From NCBI GenBank assembly GCA_029261055.1, contig JAJDCA010000044.1:13867-77866 (forward strand): DNA of 64,000 nt, given 5' to 3'. Below are positions 10,404 to 21,481 of this stretch, one piece after another; positions within the stretch are counted from its first letter, which is position 1; each line of letters opens with the position of its first letter. The notes below the pieces were generated by a model. That model did no database searches, was not told where the DNA came from, and saw only the letters and a list, made by a program, of their open reading frames with translations. The position numbers and the translations under genes were made by a program. This DNA is from Candidatus Omnitrophota bacterium. GTDB lineage: Bacteria > Omnitrophota > Gorgyraeia > Zapsychrales > Zapsychraceae.

Positions 10404-10649
10404 ATGACAATATTTGTAAAAAAAGCTAAATATTTAAAAGAATACAAAATACAAATTTTGTTTTCTGATGAAACTGAACAAATTTTAGATTTTAAAGGTT
10501 TTCTATCGACAGCAAAAAACCCTATGACAAAAAAATATTTAAATACCAATCTTTTTAAGAAATTTCAGATAAAACATGGTGATCTTGAATGGAATGACTT
10601 TGAATTATGTTTTCCAATATGGGATCTTCATGAAGGTAAAATAAATTAA
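10404..10649 (+). CDS. DUF2442-family small protein
   Basis: 81 aa. Small conserved partner commonly found next to DUF4160 genes. Confidence 0.4.
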   Translation: MTIFVKKAKYLKEYKIQILFSDETEQILDFKGFLSTAKNPMTKKYLNTNLFKKFQIKHGDLEWNDFELCFPIWDLHEGKIN

Positions 10650-10658
10650 AAGGATACT

Positions 10659-11198
10659 TTGTTTTCCTCAAAACAAACAATATTAGTCGTCATTGACATG
10701 CAAGAAAAATTGATGCCGGTGATGTGTGAGTACGCGAAGGTAATTAAAAATACACAGGTTTTAATTCAAGCAGCCCGAGCATTAGACATTCCTATCCTTT
10801 ATTCCGAACAAGTTCCTGAAAAAATCGGCCCAACGATTCCTGAAATTCATCAATATTTAAAAGATCAATTACCTATTTCCAAAAAAACCTTCAGCTGTTG
10901 TCGTGAAATTACATTTTTGAATGCTCTCAATGAAATGCATCGTAAACAAATCATTGTGGTGGGTATTGAAGCACACGTCTGTGTGTATCAAACCGTCGCT
11001 GACCTCATTCATTCCGAATTTGAAGTCAATGTCATTGCTGATGCGGTTTCTTCCCGCTCACAAGACAATAAACAGATAGCCTTAAACCGTGCGGCAAAGT
11101 TAGGCGCCGCCGTGAGCAGTACAGAAATGATGGTACTCGAATTAGTAGGGACAGCAGAACATAAAAATTTTAAAGAAATTTTAGAATTGATAAAATAA
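10659..11198 (+). CDS. Isochorismatase-family cysteine hydrolase
   Basis: 179 aa. The VVGIEAHVCVYQT catalytic-Cys region and overall size fit the isochorismatase/YcaC family. Confidence 0.65.
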   Translation: MFSSKQTILVVIDMQEKLMPVMCEYAKVIKNTQVLIQAARALDIPILYSEQVPEKIGPTIPEIHQYLKDQLPISKKTFSCCREITFLNALNEMHRKQIIVVGIEAHVCVYQTVADLIHSEFEVNVIADAVSSRSQDNKQIALNRAAKLGAAVSSTEMMVLELVGTAEHKNFKEILELIK

Positions 11199-11209
11199 AA
11201 ATTTAATTT

Positions 11210-11491
11210 ATGAAAGAACTAAAAAAAATAAATGAGCATGTAACAAATACAAAGGAATCTTGGGATATTTTGTTAGAATCAATTCGAGAAAAACTTATTG
11301 GAAAAACTATTTTTTGTGATGGTTGTAAGAAACAAATTAAAAGGAACAAATTTTCTATTTCTTTTAAGTTACCCAAGAAATATCAAAATTTAAAAAATAT
11401 TCCTTTAGATCTTCTCAAAAATTTACGTTATGTAAAATGCAATCATTTTTCATGTGCAAATAAGATGTTAGAAAAAGCATTTAAAAAATAG
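11210..11491 (+). CDS. Hypothetical Cys-rich (zinc-ribbon-like) protein
   Basis: 93 aa, Lys-rich, with CDGCKK ... CNHFSC pairs. Confidence 0.35.
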   Translation: MKELKKINEHVTNTKESWDILLESIREKLIGKTIFCDGCKKQIKRNKFSISFKLPKKYQNLKNIPLDLLKNLRYVKCNHFSCANKMLEKAFKK

Positions 11492-11501
11492 GAGGTATTA
11501 A

Positions 11502-13469
11502 ATGAGTGATCATACTAAACAAGGCAGCAAAGACACGGTAAAAGCTTTATTAGTTGAAAATCGGGTGTTTCCACCGCGTGCGGAATTTAAAGGGCAGGTG
11601 GATATTAAGGATGCGGCTATTTATGCGGAAGCGGCAAAAGATCGTGAGGCGTTTTGGGCGGGGTGTGCGGCAAAATTGGATTGGTTTAAGAAGTGGGATA
11701 CGGTTTTAGAATGGGAAGCGCCGTTTGCGAAATGGTTTGTCGGGGGAAAGTTGAATGCGAGTTACAATTGTTTGGATCGGCATATTAAGAATGGGCTGGG
11801 GCAGAAAACAGCAATTATTTGGGAGGCGGAATCGGAAGGGGAACAACGTATTCTTTCTTACGATGATGTGTACACGGCCGTTAATAAAATGGCAAATTGT
11901 TTGAAAACACTCGGTGTAGCCAAGGGGGATCGTGTCGCCATTTACATGCCTATGGTGCCGGAAGCTGCTTTTGCGATGCTCGCTTGTGCGCGTATCGGGG
12001 CGATTCACAATGTTGTCTTCGGCGGTTTTAGCGTGGATTCATTACGTGACCGTATCAATGATGCGCAAGCCAAACTGTTGATTACAGCGGACGGTGGATT
12101 TCGCCGTGGCAAAATTGTTCCGCTCAAAGAAACTTCAGATAAAGCCGTAGCAGAATGTCCTTCCATTGAAAAGCTTTTAGTTATTCAGCGGACAAAAAGT
12201 GATGTGAATATGAAGGAAGGTCGAGACCATTGGTATCATGACATGATGGAAAAAGCGGATGAATTTTGTGAACCGGAACCAATGGATGCGGAAGATATTT
12301 TATTCATACTTTACACCTCAGGGACAACGGGTAAACCGAAAGGCATTATTCACACCACAGGTGGATACCTTACCCAAGCAACAGCCACCACTAAGTGGGT
12401 ATTTGATCTTAAATCAGAAGATATCTTTTGGTGCACCGCTGACGTGGGTTGGGTTACCGGACACAGTTACATTGTGTATGGTCCGATGGCCAATGCGGCC
12501 ACACAAGTGATGTATGAAGGAACACCGGATTTCCCAGAACGCGATCGATTTTGGAAAATTATTGAAAAAAATAAAGTATCTATTTTTTACACGGCCCCTA
12601 CTGCAATTCGCGCTTTTATGAAATGGGGAGAAGAATGGGTCAATAAATGTGATGTATCCAGCCTACGTCTTTTAGGTACGGTTGGAGAACCCATTAATCC
12701 AGAAGCGTGGATTTGGTATCATAAACATATCGGTAAGGAAAAATGTCCGATTGTGGATACATGGTGGCAAACAGAAACAGGTAGTATTTTGATTTCACCA
12801 TTACCGGGCGTGATTGATACAAAGCCGGGGTCGGCGACGAAACCTTTACCAGGTATCGAGGCTAAAATTTTGACTGAAGAAGGTTCAGAGGTTGAAAAAG
12901 GTGGCGGTTATTTATCCATCACAAGTCCTTGGCCGTCGATGTTGCGTGGTATTTGGGGAGATGAACAACGTTACAAAGATACATATTGGAGTAAATGGGA
13001 GGGAAAATCATATTTTCCAGGTGATGGCGCAAAAAAAGATCCGGATGGGTATTTTTGGCTTTTAGGTCGCGTTGACGACGTGATGAATGTAGCGGGTCAC
13101 AATATTGGAACAATGGAAGTTGAAAGCGCGCTTGTGGATCATCCAACAGTTGCTGAATCTGCGGTGGTCGGTATTTCGGATGAATTAAAAGGACAAGCGA
13201 TTGCTGCTTTTGTTATTCTTAAGGAAGGGAATGAACCTGGTAAAGAGGAAGAAGATACATTAAAACAACACGTGGCCAATAAAATTGGCGCAATTGCCCG
13301 ACCGAAGAAAATTATCTTTACCGCTGAGTTACCAAAGACACGCAGTGGTAAAATTATGCGTCGACTTTTGAGAGACATTGCCGAAGGCCGTGCGCTTGGC
13401 GATGTAACAACCTTGGCCGATGCCAGCATCGTCGAGAGTTTAAAGACAAAATATTCAGAAGAAGGGTAA
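11502..13469 (+). CDS. acs: Acetyl-coenzyme A synthetase (AMP-forming)
   Basis: 655 aa. [14 protein letters not shown]-binding motif, WWQTETG, and the C-terminal TRSGKIMRR motif are diagnostic of Acs. Confidence 0.9.
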   Translation: MSDHTKQGSKDTVKALLVENRVFPPRAEFKGQVDIKDAAIYAEAAKDREAFWAGCAAKLDWFKKWDTVLEWEAPFAKWFVGGKLNASYNCLDRHIKNGLGQKTAIIWEAESEGEQRILSYDDVYTAVNKMANCLKTLGVAKGDRVAIYMPMVPEAAFAMLACARIGAIHNVVFGGFSVDSLRDRINDAQAKLLITADGGFRRGKIVPLKETSDKAVAECPSIEKLLVIQRTKSDVNMKEGRDHWYHDMMEKADEFCEPEPMDAEDILFILYTSGTTGKPKGIIHTTGGYLTQATATTKWVFDLKSEDIFWCTADVGWVTGHSYIVYGPMANAATQVMYEGTPDFPERDRFWKIIEKNKVSIFYTAPTAIRAFMKWGEEWVNKCDVSSLRLLGTVGEPINPEAWIWYHKHIGKEKCPIVDTWWQTETGSILISPLPGVIDTKPGSATKPLPGIEAKILTEEGSEVEKGGGYLSITSPWPSMLRGIWGDEQRYKDTYWSKWEGKSYFPGDGAKKDPDGYFWLLGRVDDVMNVAGHNIGTMEVESALVDHPTVAESAVVGISDELKGQAIAAFVILKEGNEPGKEEEDTLKQHVANKIGAIARPKKIIFTAELPKTRSGKIMRRLLRDIAEGRALGDVTTLADASIVESLKTKYSEEG

Positions 13470-13510
13470 AAAAGTTATCACAAGGATAAGTAAATAATGT
13501 GTTTTAAAAT

Positions 13511-14215
13511 TTGCTTAGCTATGTTAGAATTTTTTTCATTATGAATCAAACATCCACCTATCAAAAATCTTCTATTGGTAAAAAACAAATTGTAGCCGTC
13601 ACAGGCCTGATTCTTATTTTATTTGTCTGTGGGCATTTATTAGGAAACCTCTTTATTTTTGTGGGGCCGGAGGCCTTTAATCATTATGCTGCAAAATTAG
13701 CAGGTCTTCGTCCAGGACTTTATGTCGTTGAGGCCGGGCTGACGATTATGTTTGTTGTACATTTGATGCTAACCCTCTCAATAGCCCATGAAAATGCTGC
13801 AGCACGTCCTGTTAAATATCAGGTGAGTAACCCTGGAGCCAGCAAAACACATTCTAGTTGTTTGATGCCGCTATCCGGTAGTGTCCTTTTGATTTTTGTC
13901 TTGTGGCATTTATGGGATTTTACTTTTTCAAATCATGATGGCTTACGCAGCGTTTTATCGGATGGCGTTAACTACGGCCTTTATGGCGTAGTTGTCAATT
14001 CTTTTAAAGATCCGTTACATAGTATTCTCTACATCCTTTCCATGGCTGCCGTGGGATTACATCTTAGTCATGGATTGCAAAGCGTTGTGCAAACCTTTGG
14101 TTTATCCGATGGTAAATTTTTACCCGTAATGAAAAAAATTAGTTTTGTATTTGGTTTTAGTGTGGCCGCCATATTTAGTGCCATACCTATGTATGTATTA
14201 TTTGTATTGAAATAA
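13511..14215 (+). CDS. sdhC: Succinate dehydrogenase / fumarate reductase dihaem cytochrome b membrane subunit (type B, single anchor)
   Basis: ~5 TM helices with conserved His (HLLGNLF, HLMLTLS, HLWDF, HLSHG). Sits directly upstream of sdhA. The real start may be the internal MNQTSTY. Confidence 0.7.
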   Translation: MLSYVRIFFIMNQTSTYQKSSIGKKQIVAVTGLILILFVCGHLLGNLFIFVGPEAFNHYAAKLAGLRPGLYVVEAGLTIMFVVHLMLTLSIAHENAAARPVKYQVSNPGASKTHSSCLMPLSGSVLLIFVLWHLWDFTFSNHDGLRSVLSDGVNYGLYGVVVNSFKDPLHSILYILSMAAVGLHLSHGLQSVVQTFGLSDGKFLPVMKKISFVFGFSVAAIFSAIPMYVLFVLK

Positions 14216-14217
14216 CT

Positions 14218-16128
14218 ATGTTAAATTCTAAAATTCCATCAGGCCCTTTAAAAGACAAATGGGCCAATCATAAAGATCATTTGAAACTCGTCAATCCGGC
14301 GAATAAACGCAAGTACAATGTAATTGTTGTTGGAACAGGGTTGGCCGGAGCTTCTGCCGCTGCTTCATTATCCGAAATGGGTTATCAAGTTGATACATTT
14401 TGCATGCAAGACAGTGCTCGCCGTGCCCATAGTATTTCAGCGCAAGGCGGTATTAATGCCGCCAAAAATTATCCGAATGATGGCGACAGCATTTATCGTT
14501 TATTTTACGACACCGTTAAAGGTGGTGATTTCCGTTCGCGTGAAGCAAATGTGTATCGTCTTGCCGAAGTAAGTAATCAAATTATTGATCAATGCGTTGC
14601 GCAGGGAGTTCCATTTGCACGAGAGTATTCCGGGTATCTGGATAATCGTTCCTTTGGTGGGGCTCAAGTTTCACGTACATTTTATGCCCGCGGACAAACT
14701 GGCCAACAACTTTTATTAGGCGCTTACAGTGCTTTAATGAAAGAGGTTGGGCGTGGTTCAGTCACATTGCATACACGGACTGAAATTTTAGATATTGTGG
14801 TTATTGATGGTGTTGCCCGAGGGGTGATAACACGTAATTTGATTTCCGGTGAAATTGCCAGTTTTGCCGCTGATGCGGTTGTGTTGGCCACCGGCGGTTA
14901 TTCTAATGTATTTTATTTATCGACGAATGCTAAAGCGTGTAACGTAACAGCTGCATGGCGGGCGCATAAGCGTGGTGCTTTTTTTGCTAATCCATGTTAC
15001 ACACAAATTCATCCTACCTGCATTCCAGTTCATGGAGAATATCAATCCAAATTAACTTTAATGAGTGAAAGTTTACGTAATGATGGCCGTGTTTGGGTTC
15101 CAAAGAAAGAAGGAGACCCCCGAAAGGCTCAGGATATCCCTGAAGAAGAACGTGATTATTATTTAGAACGGCGATATCCAAGTTTTGGTAATTTAGTTCC
15201 GCGCGATTTGGCCTCACGTAATGCAAAAATGCAATGTGACGAGGGTAAAGGCGTAGGTCCAACTGGTCAGGCCGTGTATCTTGATTTTGAAGAGGCGATT
15301 GGACGTTTGGGTGAAGATGTTATTCGAGCTCGGTATGGAAATCTTTTTGATATGTACGAAAGTATTACGGCGGAAAATCCTTACAAACAACCCATGCTTA
15401 TTTTTCCAGCCTTGCACTACACGATGGGTGGATTATGGGTGGATTACAATTTAATGAGTAATCTTCCGGGATTATTTGTTTTGGGTGAAGCTAATTTTTC
15501 GGATCATGGGGCTAACCGGTTAGGTGCAAGTGCGCTTATGCAAGGATTAGCTGATGGCTATTTTGTTTTACCGTACACCATTGGAGATTATTTGGCGGGT
15601 GTTCCATCTGGAAGAACGGCCACAGATTCCGATGAATTTCGACAGGCAGAAAAAGAAGCCGAAGAGAAAATAGAGACCTTGCTAGCCATTAAAGGAAACA
15701 AAACGGTTGATGATTTTCATAGAGAGCTTGGAAAATTGTGTTGGGAAAAATGTGGTATGTCACGCGATGAGCAAGGGCTTAAAGAGGCATTGCAAAAAAT
15801 TCCTGAAATTCGTGATGAGTTTTGGAAAAATGTAAATGTTCCTGGATCAGGCCGTGACCTTAATCAATCGTTGGAACGCGCCGGACGCGTAGCCGATTTT
15901 CTTGAATTTGCCGAATTGATGGTTAATGATGCCTTGTACCGTAAAGAATCTTGTGGCGGTCATTTTCGTGAAGAATCCAAAACCGAAGAAGGTGAAGCCC
16001 TGCGGGATGATAAAAATTTTACACATGTAGCTGCTTGGGAATTCCAAGGTTTGAATAAGGAGCCACAACTTCACAAAGAGGCACTTGAGTTTGAAACAGT
16101 CCAGCTGACACAGAGGAGTTACAAGTGA
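14218..16128 (+). CDS. sdhA: Succinate dehydrogenase / fumarate reductase flavoprotein subunit
   Basis: 636 aa. N-terminal FAD-binding fold ([12 protein letters not shown]), the covalent-FAD His region (HSISAQGG) and the active-site HPT region. Confidence 0.9.
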   Translation: MLNSKIPSGPLKDKWANHKDHLKLVNPANKRKYNVIVVGTGLAGASAAASLSEMGYQVDTFCMQDSARRAHSISAQGGINAAKNYPNDGDSIYRLFYDTVKGGDFRSREANVYRLAEVSNQIIDQCVAQGVPFAREYSGYLDNRSFGGAQVSRTFYARGQTGQQLLLGAYSALMKEVGRGSVTLHTRTEILDIVVIDGVARGVITRNLISGEIASFAADAVVLATGGYSNVFYLSTNAKACNVTAAWRAHKRGAFFANPCYTQIHPTCIPVHGEYQSKLTLMSESLRNDGRVWVPKKEGDPRKAQDIPEEERDYYLERRYPSFGNLVPRDLASRNAKMQCDEGKGVGPTGQAVYLDFEEAIGRLGEDVIRARYGNLFDMYESITAENPYKQPMLIFPALHYTMGGLWVDYNLMSNLPGLFVLGEANFSDHGANRLGASALMQGLADGYFVLPYTIGDYLAGVPSGRTATDSDEFRQAEKEAEEKIETLLAIKGNKTVDDFHRELGKLCWEKCGMSRDEQGLKEALQKIPEIRDEFWKNVNVPGSGRDLNQSLERAGRVADFLEFAELMVNDALYRKESCGGHFREESKTEEGEALRDDKNFTHVAAWEFQGLNKEPQLHKEALEFETVQLTQRSYK

Positions 16129-16874
16129 AAACGATTAACCTTACACTTCAAATTTGGCGACAAAAAGATGCAAACAGTACAGGCCAATTTGAATCATATC
16201 CCGCCAAAGATATTGACACGGCTATGTCGTTTCTCGAGATGTTAGATGTGGTGAATGAGCGTTTGACGAAAGAAGGCAAAGAACCTGTGGCCTTTGATCA
16301 TGATTGTCGGGAAGGCATTTGCGGGATGTGTGGGGCCGTCGTTAATGGACAACCTCACGGACACATCAAAGCAACCACATTGTGCCAATTGCATATGCGT
16401 CATTTTAATGATGGCGAGACTATTGTAATTGAACCGTGGCGCTCAACGGCTTTTCCTGTGACGAAAGATCTCATTGTAGATCGTACGGCGTTTGATCGGA
16501 TTATTTCAGCGGGTGGTTTTATCTCCGCAAAAACCGGATCAGCTCCGGAAGCCAGTGCTATTTCAATTCAACAAGACAAGGCAGAATTATCTATGGATGC
16601 AGCCTCATGTATCGGTTGTGGTGCTTGTGTTGCATCTTGTCCTAATGCCTCAGCCATGCTTTTTACATCGGCTAAGGTAAGTCATTTAAATTTATTACCG
16701 CAAGGTAGAGTTGAGGCAAAAGACCGTGTCACCAACATGGTCAAACAAATGGACGAAGAAGGGTTTGGTAATTGTTCTAATGAATACCTCTGTGAAGATG
16801 CCTGTCCAAAAGAAATTTCTGTAGTTAATATTGCTCGTATGAATAAAGAATTTCGTACCGCATCCCGATCGTAA
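16125..16874 (+). CDS. sdhB: Succinate dehydrogenase / fumarate reductase iron-sulfur subunit
   Basis: 2Fe-2[11 protein letters not shown] motif, 4Fe-4[13 protein letters not shown] motif, and a 3Fe-4S-type motif. ATGA-type overlap with sdhA. Confidence 0.9.
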   Translation: MKTINLTLQIWRQKDANSTGQFESYPAKDIDTAMSFLEMLDVVNERLTKEGKEPVAFDHDCREGICGMCGAVVNGQPHGHIKATTLCQLHMRHFNDGETIVIEPWRSTAFPVTKDLIVDRTAFDRIISAGGFISAKTGSAPEASAISIQQDKAELSMDAASCIGCGACVASCPNASAMLFTSAKVSHLNLLPQGRVEAKDRVTNMVKQMDEEGFGNCSNEYLCEDACPKEISVVNIARMNKEFRTASRS

Positions 16875-16883
16875 TATCCTTTC

Positions 16884-18263
16884 ATGTCAATTCTCATCGA
16901 CAAAGATACCATCCTTAAATACGATAAAGCCGGTCCGCGTTACACAAGTTATCCGACAGCCCCAACATGGTCGGATGAAGTCAACGAATCTGTTTACATC
17001 GAAAAATTAAAAAGCTTTGGTCAGACAGATAAGACTTTATCTTTGTACATTCATATCCCTTTTTGTCAGACCTTGTGCACCTATTGCGGATGCAATGTCG
17101 TTATTCGTCCTCAAAAAGAAAAATATGGGGATGTGTATTTGGATCATTTAATCCGTGAAATGGAATTGATTGCTAAGCATATTGGAACAAAAAAAACTGT
17201 TCATCAATATCATTGGGGGGGAGGGACACCGACGTTCTTGACTGAATCACAAATTGAGCGTTTATTTACCAAAACACAAGAATATTTTACGTTGAGCCCT
17301 ACGAGTGAAATTGCTATTGAAGTTGATCCTCGGACAACGGATAAAGCTAAGATACGATCCTTGCGTCGTTTAGGGTTTAATCGAATTTCATTTGGTGTTC
17401 AGGATTTTGATGCGAATGTTCAAGAAAAAGTAAACCGTATTCAGCCTTTGGACCTTGTCGCCGATGTGCATGCCTATTGTCGAGAGCTTAAGTTTAATTC
17501 GATTAATTTTGACCTCATTTACGGGTTGCCTGGACAAACAGCGAAAGGTTTTTCCGAAACCATAAAACAGGTTATTGATTTGCGTCCGGATCGCATTGCC
17601 CTTTACAGTTATGCCCATGTGCCCTGGTTAAAAAAACATCAAAATAAAATGAATACAGCTGATCTTCCTTCGGCGGATCAAAAATTGGATATTTTTCTTT
17701 TGGCGCGTGAGCAATTTTTACAAGCCGGATATCAAGCTATTGCCATGGATCATTTTGCCCTTAATGATGATGAACTGGCTAAGGCCTTTAATCACGGCGA
17801 GCTGTATCGCAATTTTATGGGTTACACCGTTCAACCGGCCGATGAATACATTGGTTTGGGGCTTACTTCAATTGGATTTTTAGAAAATACGTTTGTACAC
17901 AACATTAAAGTGCTTCCGGAATATTACAAAGTTTTGGATGAGGGGAAATTACCCGTGGAAAGAGGAAAAATTCTTACGCACGATGATACAGTCCGTCGAT
18001 GGACGATTAATGTCTTGATGTGTCAGTTTCAATTAGATAAAGTAAATTTTCAAACAATATTTGGGACAAGCTTCGACATTTATTTTGAGAACGAACAAAA
18101 ACACTTGAAACATTGCCAAGAAGAAGGGCTTTTAGAAGAAGTTGGAAGTACTCTAAAAGTTACAGAAATTGGAAAAATATTTATTCGCAATATCTGTATG
18201 GGATTTGATGCGTATTTACAAAAAAAAGCAACACCTCAGCAGCGTTTTTCACGAACTATTTAA
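16884..18263 (+). CDS. hemN: Oxygen-independent coproporphyrinogen III oxidase (radical SAM)
   Basis: 459 aa. CQTLCTYCGC radical-SAM CxxxCxxC motif and an HemN C-terminal domain. Confidence 0.85.
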   Translation: MSILIDKDTILKYDKAGPRYTSYPTAPTWSDEVNESVYIEKLKSFGQTDKTLSLYIHIPFCQTLCTYCGCNVVIRPQKEKYGDVYLDHLIREMELIAKHIGTKKTVHQYHWGGGTPTFLTESQIERLFTKTQEYFTLSPTSEIAIEVDPRTTDKAKIRSLRRLGFNRISFGVQDFDANVQEKVNRIQPLDLVADVHAYCRELKFNSINFDLIYGLPGQTAKGFSETIKQVIDLRPDRIALYSYAHVPWLKKHQNKMNTADLPSADQKLDIFLLAREQFLQAGYQAIAMDHFALNDDELAKAFNHGELYRNFMGYTVQPADEYIGLGLTSIGFLENTFVHNIKVLPEYYKVLDEGKLPVERGKILTHDDTVRRWTINVLMCQFQLDKVNFQTIFGTSFDIYFENEQKHLKHCQEEGLLEEVGSTLKVTEIGKIFIRNICMGFDAYLQKKATPQQRFSRTI

Positions 18264-18298
18264 CCAGCAAACAAGCCTGAAAGGTTTGTTTACTGGTT
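18264..18298 (+). terminator. Candidate hairpin terminator immediately after hemN
   Basis: ACCAGCAAACAAGCC - TGAAA - GGTTTGTTTACTGGT pairs 13 of 15 positions. Only a weak T-tract follows. Confidence 0.35.
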
Positions 18299-18350
18299 AC
18301 TTAAAGTAATATTAATTTACGAATTTGACAAATTAAAATAGAATATCGTC

Positions 18351-18695
18351 ATGGAAATAAAAATAATTAAAGAAAAAATTTTACTGGAAGAATTTAACCG
18401 TCTTGCTCAGGAAAATTATGGCGACATGGTTAAGGGTGTTGTTGATGTCACACAGAAAATTCTAGCTTTAGGTGGTGAACTTCATGCAGATGCAGAGACC
18501 CTTTTACTTGAAAATGGTTCAAAACAGGAAGATTTGTGGGGATTTAATATTTTTAAGGAACGATCTAAAGAAGAAAGAATAGAGTTTGTTTCATTTATTA
18601 ACATACGTCCCGCTCAGAAAAATTTTTCAATGGAAATTGAAAATGACGAGTTACAAAAATTAATACAAAGTATCATTAATACACTAGTTGACTAG
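18351..18695 (+). CDS. Hypothetical protein
   Basis: 114 aa ORF with no recognisable motifs. Overlaps the next ORF by 8 bp. Confidence 0.35.
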   Translation: MEIKIIKEKILLEEFNRLAQENYGDMVKGVVDVTQKILALGGELHADAETLLLENGSKQEDLWGFNIFKERSKEERIEFVSFINIRPAQKNFSMEIENDELQKLIQSIINTLVD

Positions 18696-19017
18696 AATAA
18701 TGGATAAAGATAAATGGTACAAATTATCCTGGGCCCGACAGCTTGGAAATATTGGAAGCGAGCTCACCAGGGCACGCCTTAGTGAAGAAAAAAAGGATGA
18801 GGCGGGTCGAAAAAATTCATTAATACGCGCTTTAGAATTATTGGATTTGACCATATCTGACCAAAGATGGATCAAGAAGTTGAAAGAATTAACGCGTTTT
18901 CGTGAAGTAATTGCGGATTGGTTTTGTCAAACACATGCATACAATATTTCTCACAAAATTCTTGAGAAATATTGTATGCATTTTTATCTCAATGAATTAA
19001 GGATTAAAAAATTATGA
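18688..19017 (+). CDS. Hypothetical protein
   Basis: 109 aa ORF. Overlaps both its upstream partner and the hemE start, so it is probably co-transcribed with hemE. Confidence 0.35.
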   Translation: MTRIMDKDKWYKLSWARQLGNIGSELTRARLSEEKKDEAGRKNSLIRALELLDLTISDQRWIKKLKELTRFREVIADWFCQTHAYNISHKILEKYCMHFYLNELRIKKL

Positions 19018-20009
19018 ATAAACCTTTATTTCTCCAAGCATTTGAAGGGACGAATGAAAAAGTTCCGGTTTGGTTTATGCGTCAGGCAGGTCGCTATTTA
19101 CCGGAATACCAAGCCATTAAAAAAAAGCATTCCCTTGAAAAAATGTTTAAAATGCCTGAGCTTGCCGCTGAAATCACCTGTCAGCCGATTGATATTTTGG
19201 GGGTCGATGCCGCCATTTTGTTTGCAGACATCTTGACGCTGCCTACAGCCATGGGGTTTAATATCCACTTCGACAATAAAAAAGGGCCAATCATTGAAGT
19301 GATGAAAAAGTTTGATGATGTTCATGATTTTGATGATTTGTCGCATGTATCCAAAACTATTGAATTAGTCAAACAGCGCCTCCCGAAAAATATTCCCTTA
19401 ATTGGATTTGCCGGTTCGCCGTTTACGGTGTTAACCTATTTAATCGAAGGGGGATCATCATTAACGTATGCAAAAACGTTTCGATTTGCACGGGAAGAGT
19501 CTGAATTGTTTCATCGCTTGATGCAGATGATTACAACAAATACGATTAATTACCTTAATCTTCAGAAAGCAGCCGGCATTGATGCGTTCCAAATATTCGA
19601 TTCATGGGGCGGAATTTTACGACAGGAAGATTATGCCGAATGGGTTTTGCCGCATGTGTATCAAATTTTTGAACAAGTCGAATTACCGTCCATTTATTAC
19701 CTTAAAAACTGTCGGCATTTACTGCCATTGATGGATCAAACCGAGGCGGATTTTCTCTCGGTGTGCCACACTGTCGAATTAGGGGAGCGACTCTTTAATA
19801 AGACACAAAAAGGCATACAGGGAAATTTGTTTAATGGCCTGTTGTATGCTGATAAAACCACGTTGGAAAAAGAAATTAATACCATCTTAACGGCAGCACA
19901 AAAACATAAAAAATTTATTTTTAATCTAAGTCACGGCGTATTTCCGGATGTTTCGGTTGATCAATGCAAGTTTGTGGTTGATTGTGTGCATGATTTTAAA
20001 TGGAAGTAA
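19014..20009 (+). CDS. hemE: Uroporphyrinogen decarboxylase
   Basis: The PVWFMRQAGRYLPEY N-terminal signature is diagnostic of HemE. Confidence 0.9.
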   Translation: MNKPLFLQAFEGTNEKVPVWFMRQAGRYLPEYQAIKKKHSLEKMFKMPELAAEITCQPIDILGVDAAILFADILTLPTAMGFNIHFDNKKGPIIEVMKKFDDVHDFDDLSHVSKTIELVKQRLPKNIPLIGFAGSPFTVLTYLIEGGSSLTYAKTFRFAREESELFHRLMQMITTNTINYLNLQKAAGIDAFQIFDSWGGILRQEDYAEWVLPHVYQIFEQVELPSIYYLKNCRHLLPLMDQTEADFLSVCHTVELGERLFNKTQKGIQGNLFNGLLYADKTTLEKEINTILTAAQKHKKFIFNLSHGVFPDVSVDQCKFVVDCVHDFKWK

Positions 20010-20010
20010 G

Positions 20011-21354
20011 ATGAAAAAGAATATTGTTATTGTTGGGGGAGGGATTAGCGGTTTGGCTCTCCTGCATTATTTAAACATCCGACATTATTTTGATGATGAA
20101 GTGAGTATTCAGCTTCTGGAAAAAGGTTCACGACCAGGCGGAACGATTCAATCAACGCGTGAAGACGACTATCTTTTTGAAAATGGGCCGAATGGTTTTT
20201 TAGACAATAAACCCAACACGCTCAAATTTATTCAGGAGATTGGCACTGAAGAACATCTTGTTCGTGCCTCCGGTGCCGCCAAAATTCGTTTTATTGCTTA
20301 CCAAAAAGCCCTGCATGCCTTGCCGGCCAGTCCCAAAGACTTTATTTCGTTTAAATTATTAACCCCATTGGATAAATTGCGTATTCTTATGGAGCCACTT
20401 TTACCACGGGGCAAGAAATTAGATGAATCTGTGTACGATTTTGGACGACGACGATTAGGCCGGAAATTTTCTGAGCTCTTTTTAGATCCCATGGTCAGTG
20501 GTATTTACGGCGGGGATGCACACAAAATTTGTTTGAGAGCCGCGTTTCCAAGGATGGCTGAACTTGAATCGAAATACCGTTCGTTGTTTAATGCCATGAT
20601 TCGCCTTAAAAAAAAGGGAGGCATGCCGCAGGGGACGTTGACGTCATTTACTGGGGGTATGGCCCAATTAATGGATGTGGCTGCAAAAAAATATGCCGAT
20701 CAAATTGTGTGTAATACTGAGATTAAAACTATTTCTCGGAACGGGCCGCAATACATCGTTTATTCGCAGGATACACAATACAAGGCGGATGAGCTTTTCA
20801 TGTGTACCCCGGCATACAGGGCCGCTGATTTATTAAAAAGTATGGATGCTTCCGTAAGCGAGTCTCTGTTGCAAATTCCTTATGCGCCGATGGCTGTGAT
20901 TGGTCTTGGATTTGCGAATGAGAGTTTTCAATGTTTACCTCAGGGTTTTGGTTATCTCAATCCTTCATCAGAAAAACGCAAGGCTCTCGGTGTTTTGTTT
21001 GACAGTAATATTTTTCCAGAACGGGCCCCGGAAGGGCATTTGCTGTTCCGCATCATGATCGGAGGAGCTCGCTTTCCGGACATTATTAAAAAATCCAAAG
21101 AAGAAATTATTAATCTTGCGCTAGATGAAATTCAACAGCATTTTCCAACAAAGGCAAGTCCAAAGAAAGTTTTTTACCGTATGTGGCCGAAAGCAATTCC
21201 ACAATATGATCAGACGTATGTTCACGTTAAAGCGAAACTTCAGGATCAGCTTAAACAATTACCTCATGTTCATCTGAATGCCAACTATTGGAATGGAATT
21301 TCTTTTAACGATTGCATCCTGGATGCCCGCAACAATTCCATGGCAATTTCTTAA
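20011..21354 (+). CDS. hemY: FAD-dependent protoporphyrinogen/coproporphyrinogen oxidase (HemY/CgoX family)
   Basis: MKKNIVIVGGGISGLAL dinucleotide-binding motif at the N-terminus. ~448 aa. I set the start at the ATG at 20011, immediately after the hemE stop, rather than track ORF 19948 which overlaps hemE. Confidence 0.75.
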   Translation: MKKNIVIVGGGISGLALLHYLNIRHYFDDEVSIQLLEKGSRPGGTIQSTREDDYLFENGPNGFLDNKPNTLKFIQEIGTEEHLVRASGAAKIRFIAYQKALHALPASPKDFISFKLLTPLDKLRILMEPLLPRGKKLDESVYDFGRRRLGRKFSELFLDPMVSGIYGGDAHKICLRAAFPRMAELESKYRSLFNAMIRLKKKGGMPQGTLTSFTGGMAQLMDVAAKKYADQIVCNTEIKTISRNGPQYIVYSQDTQYKADELFMCTPAYRAADLLKSMDASVSESLLQIPYAPMAVIGLGFANESFQCLPQGFGYLNPSSEKRKALGVLFDSNIFPERAPEGHLLFRIMIGGARFPDIIKKSKEEIINLALDEIQQHFPTKASPKKVFYRMWPKAIPQYDQTYVHVKAKLQDQLKQLPHVHLNANYWNGISFNDCILDARNNSMAIS

Positions 21355-21481
21355 ACTTTGTTTATTTGCAACATGTTACAACAAAGTTGCCCCGCGGAGC
21401 AATTTCACAAGTCGTAAATATTTTAACATTTCTAGCAATATTTTCTTGTGTATTTAATTTAATCGCCTACAATAGCAAAAA

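Noticed and set aside
19948-20010. Track ORF start at 19948 for the protoporphyrinogen oxidase gene
   Set aside because: It would overlap hemE by 62 bp and add a hydrophobic N-terminal extension in front of the conserved GGGISG FAD motif. The ATG at 20011, directly after the hemE stop, is the more plausible start.
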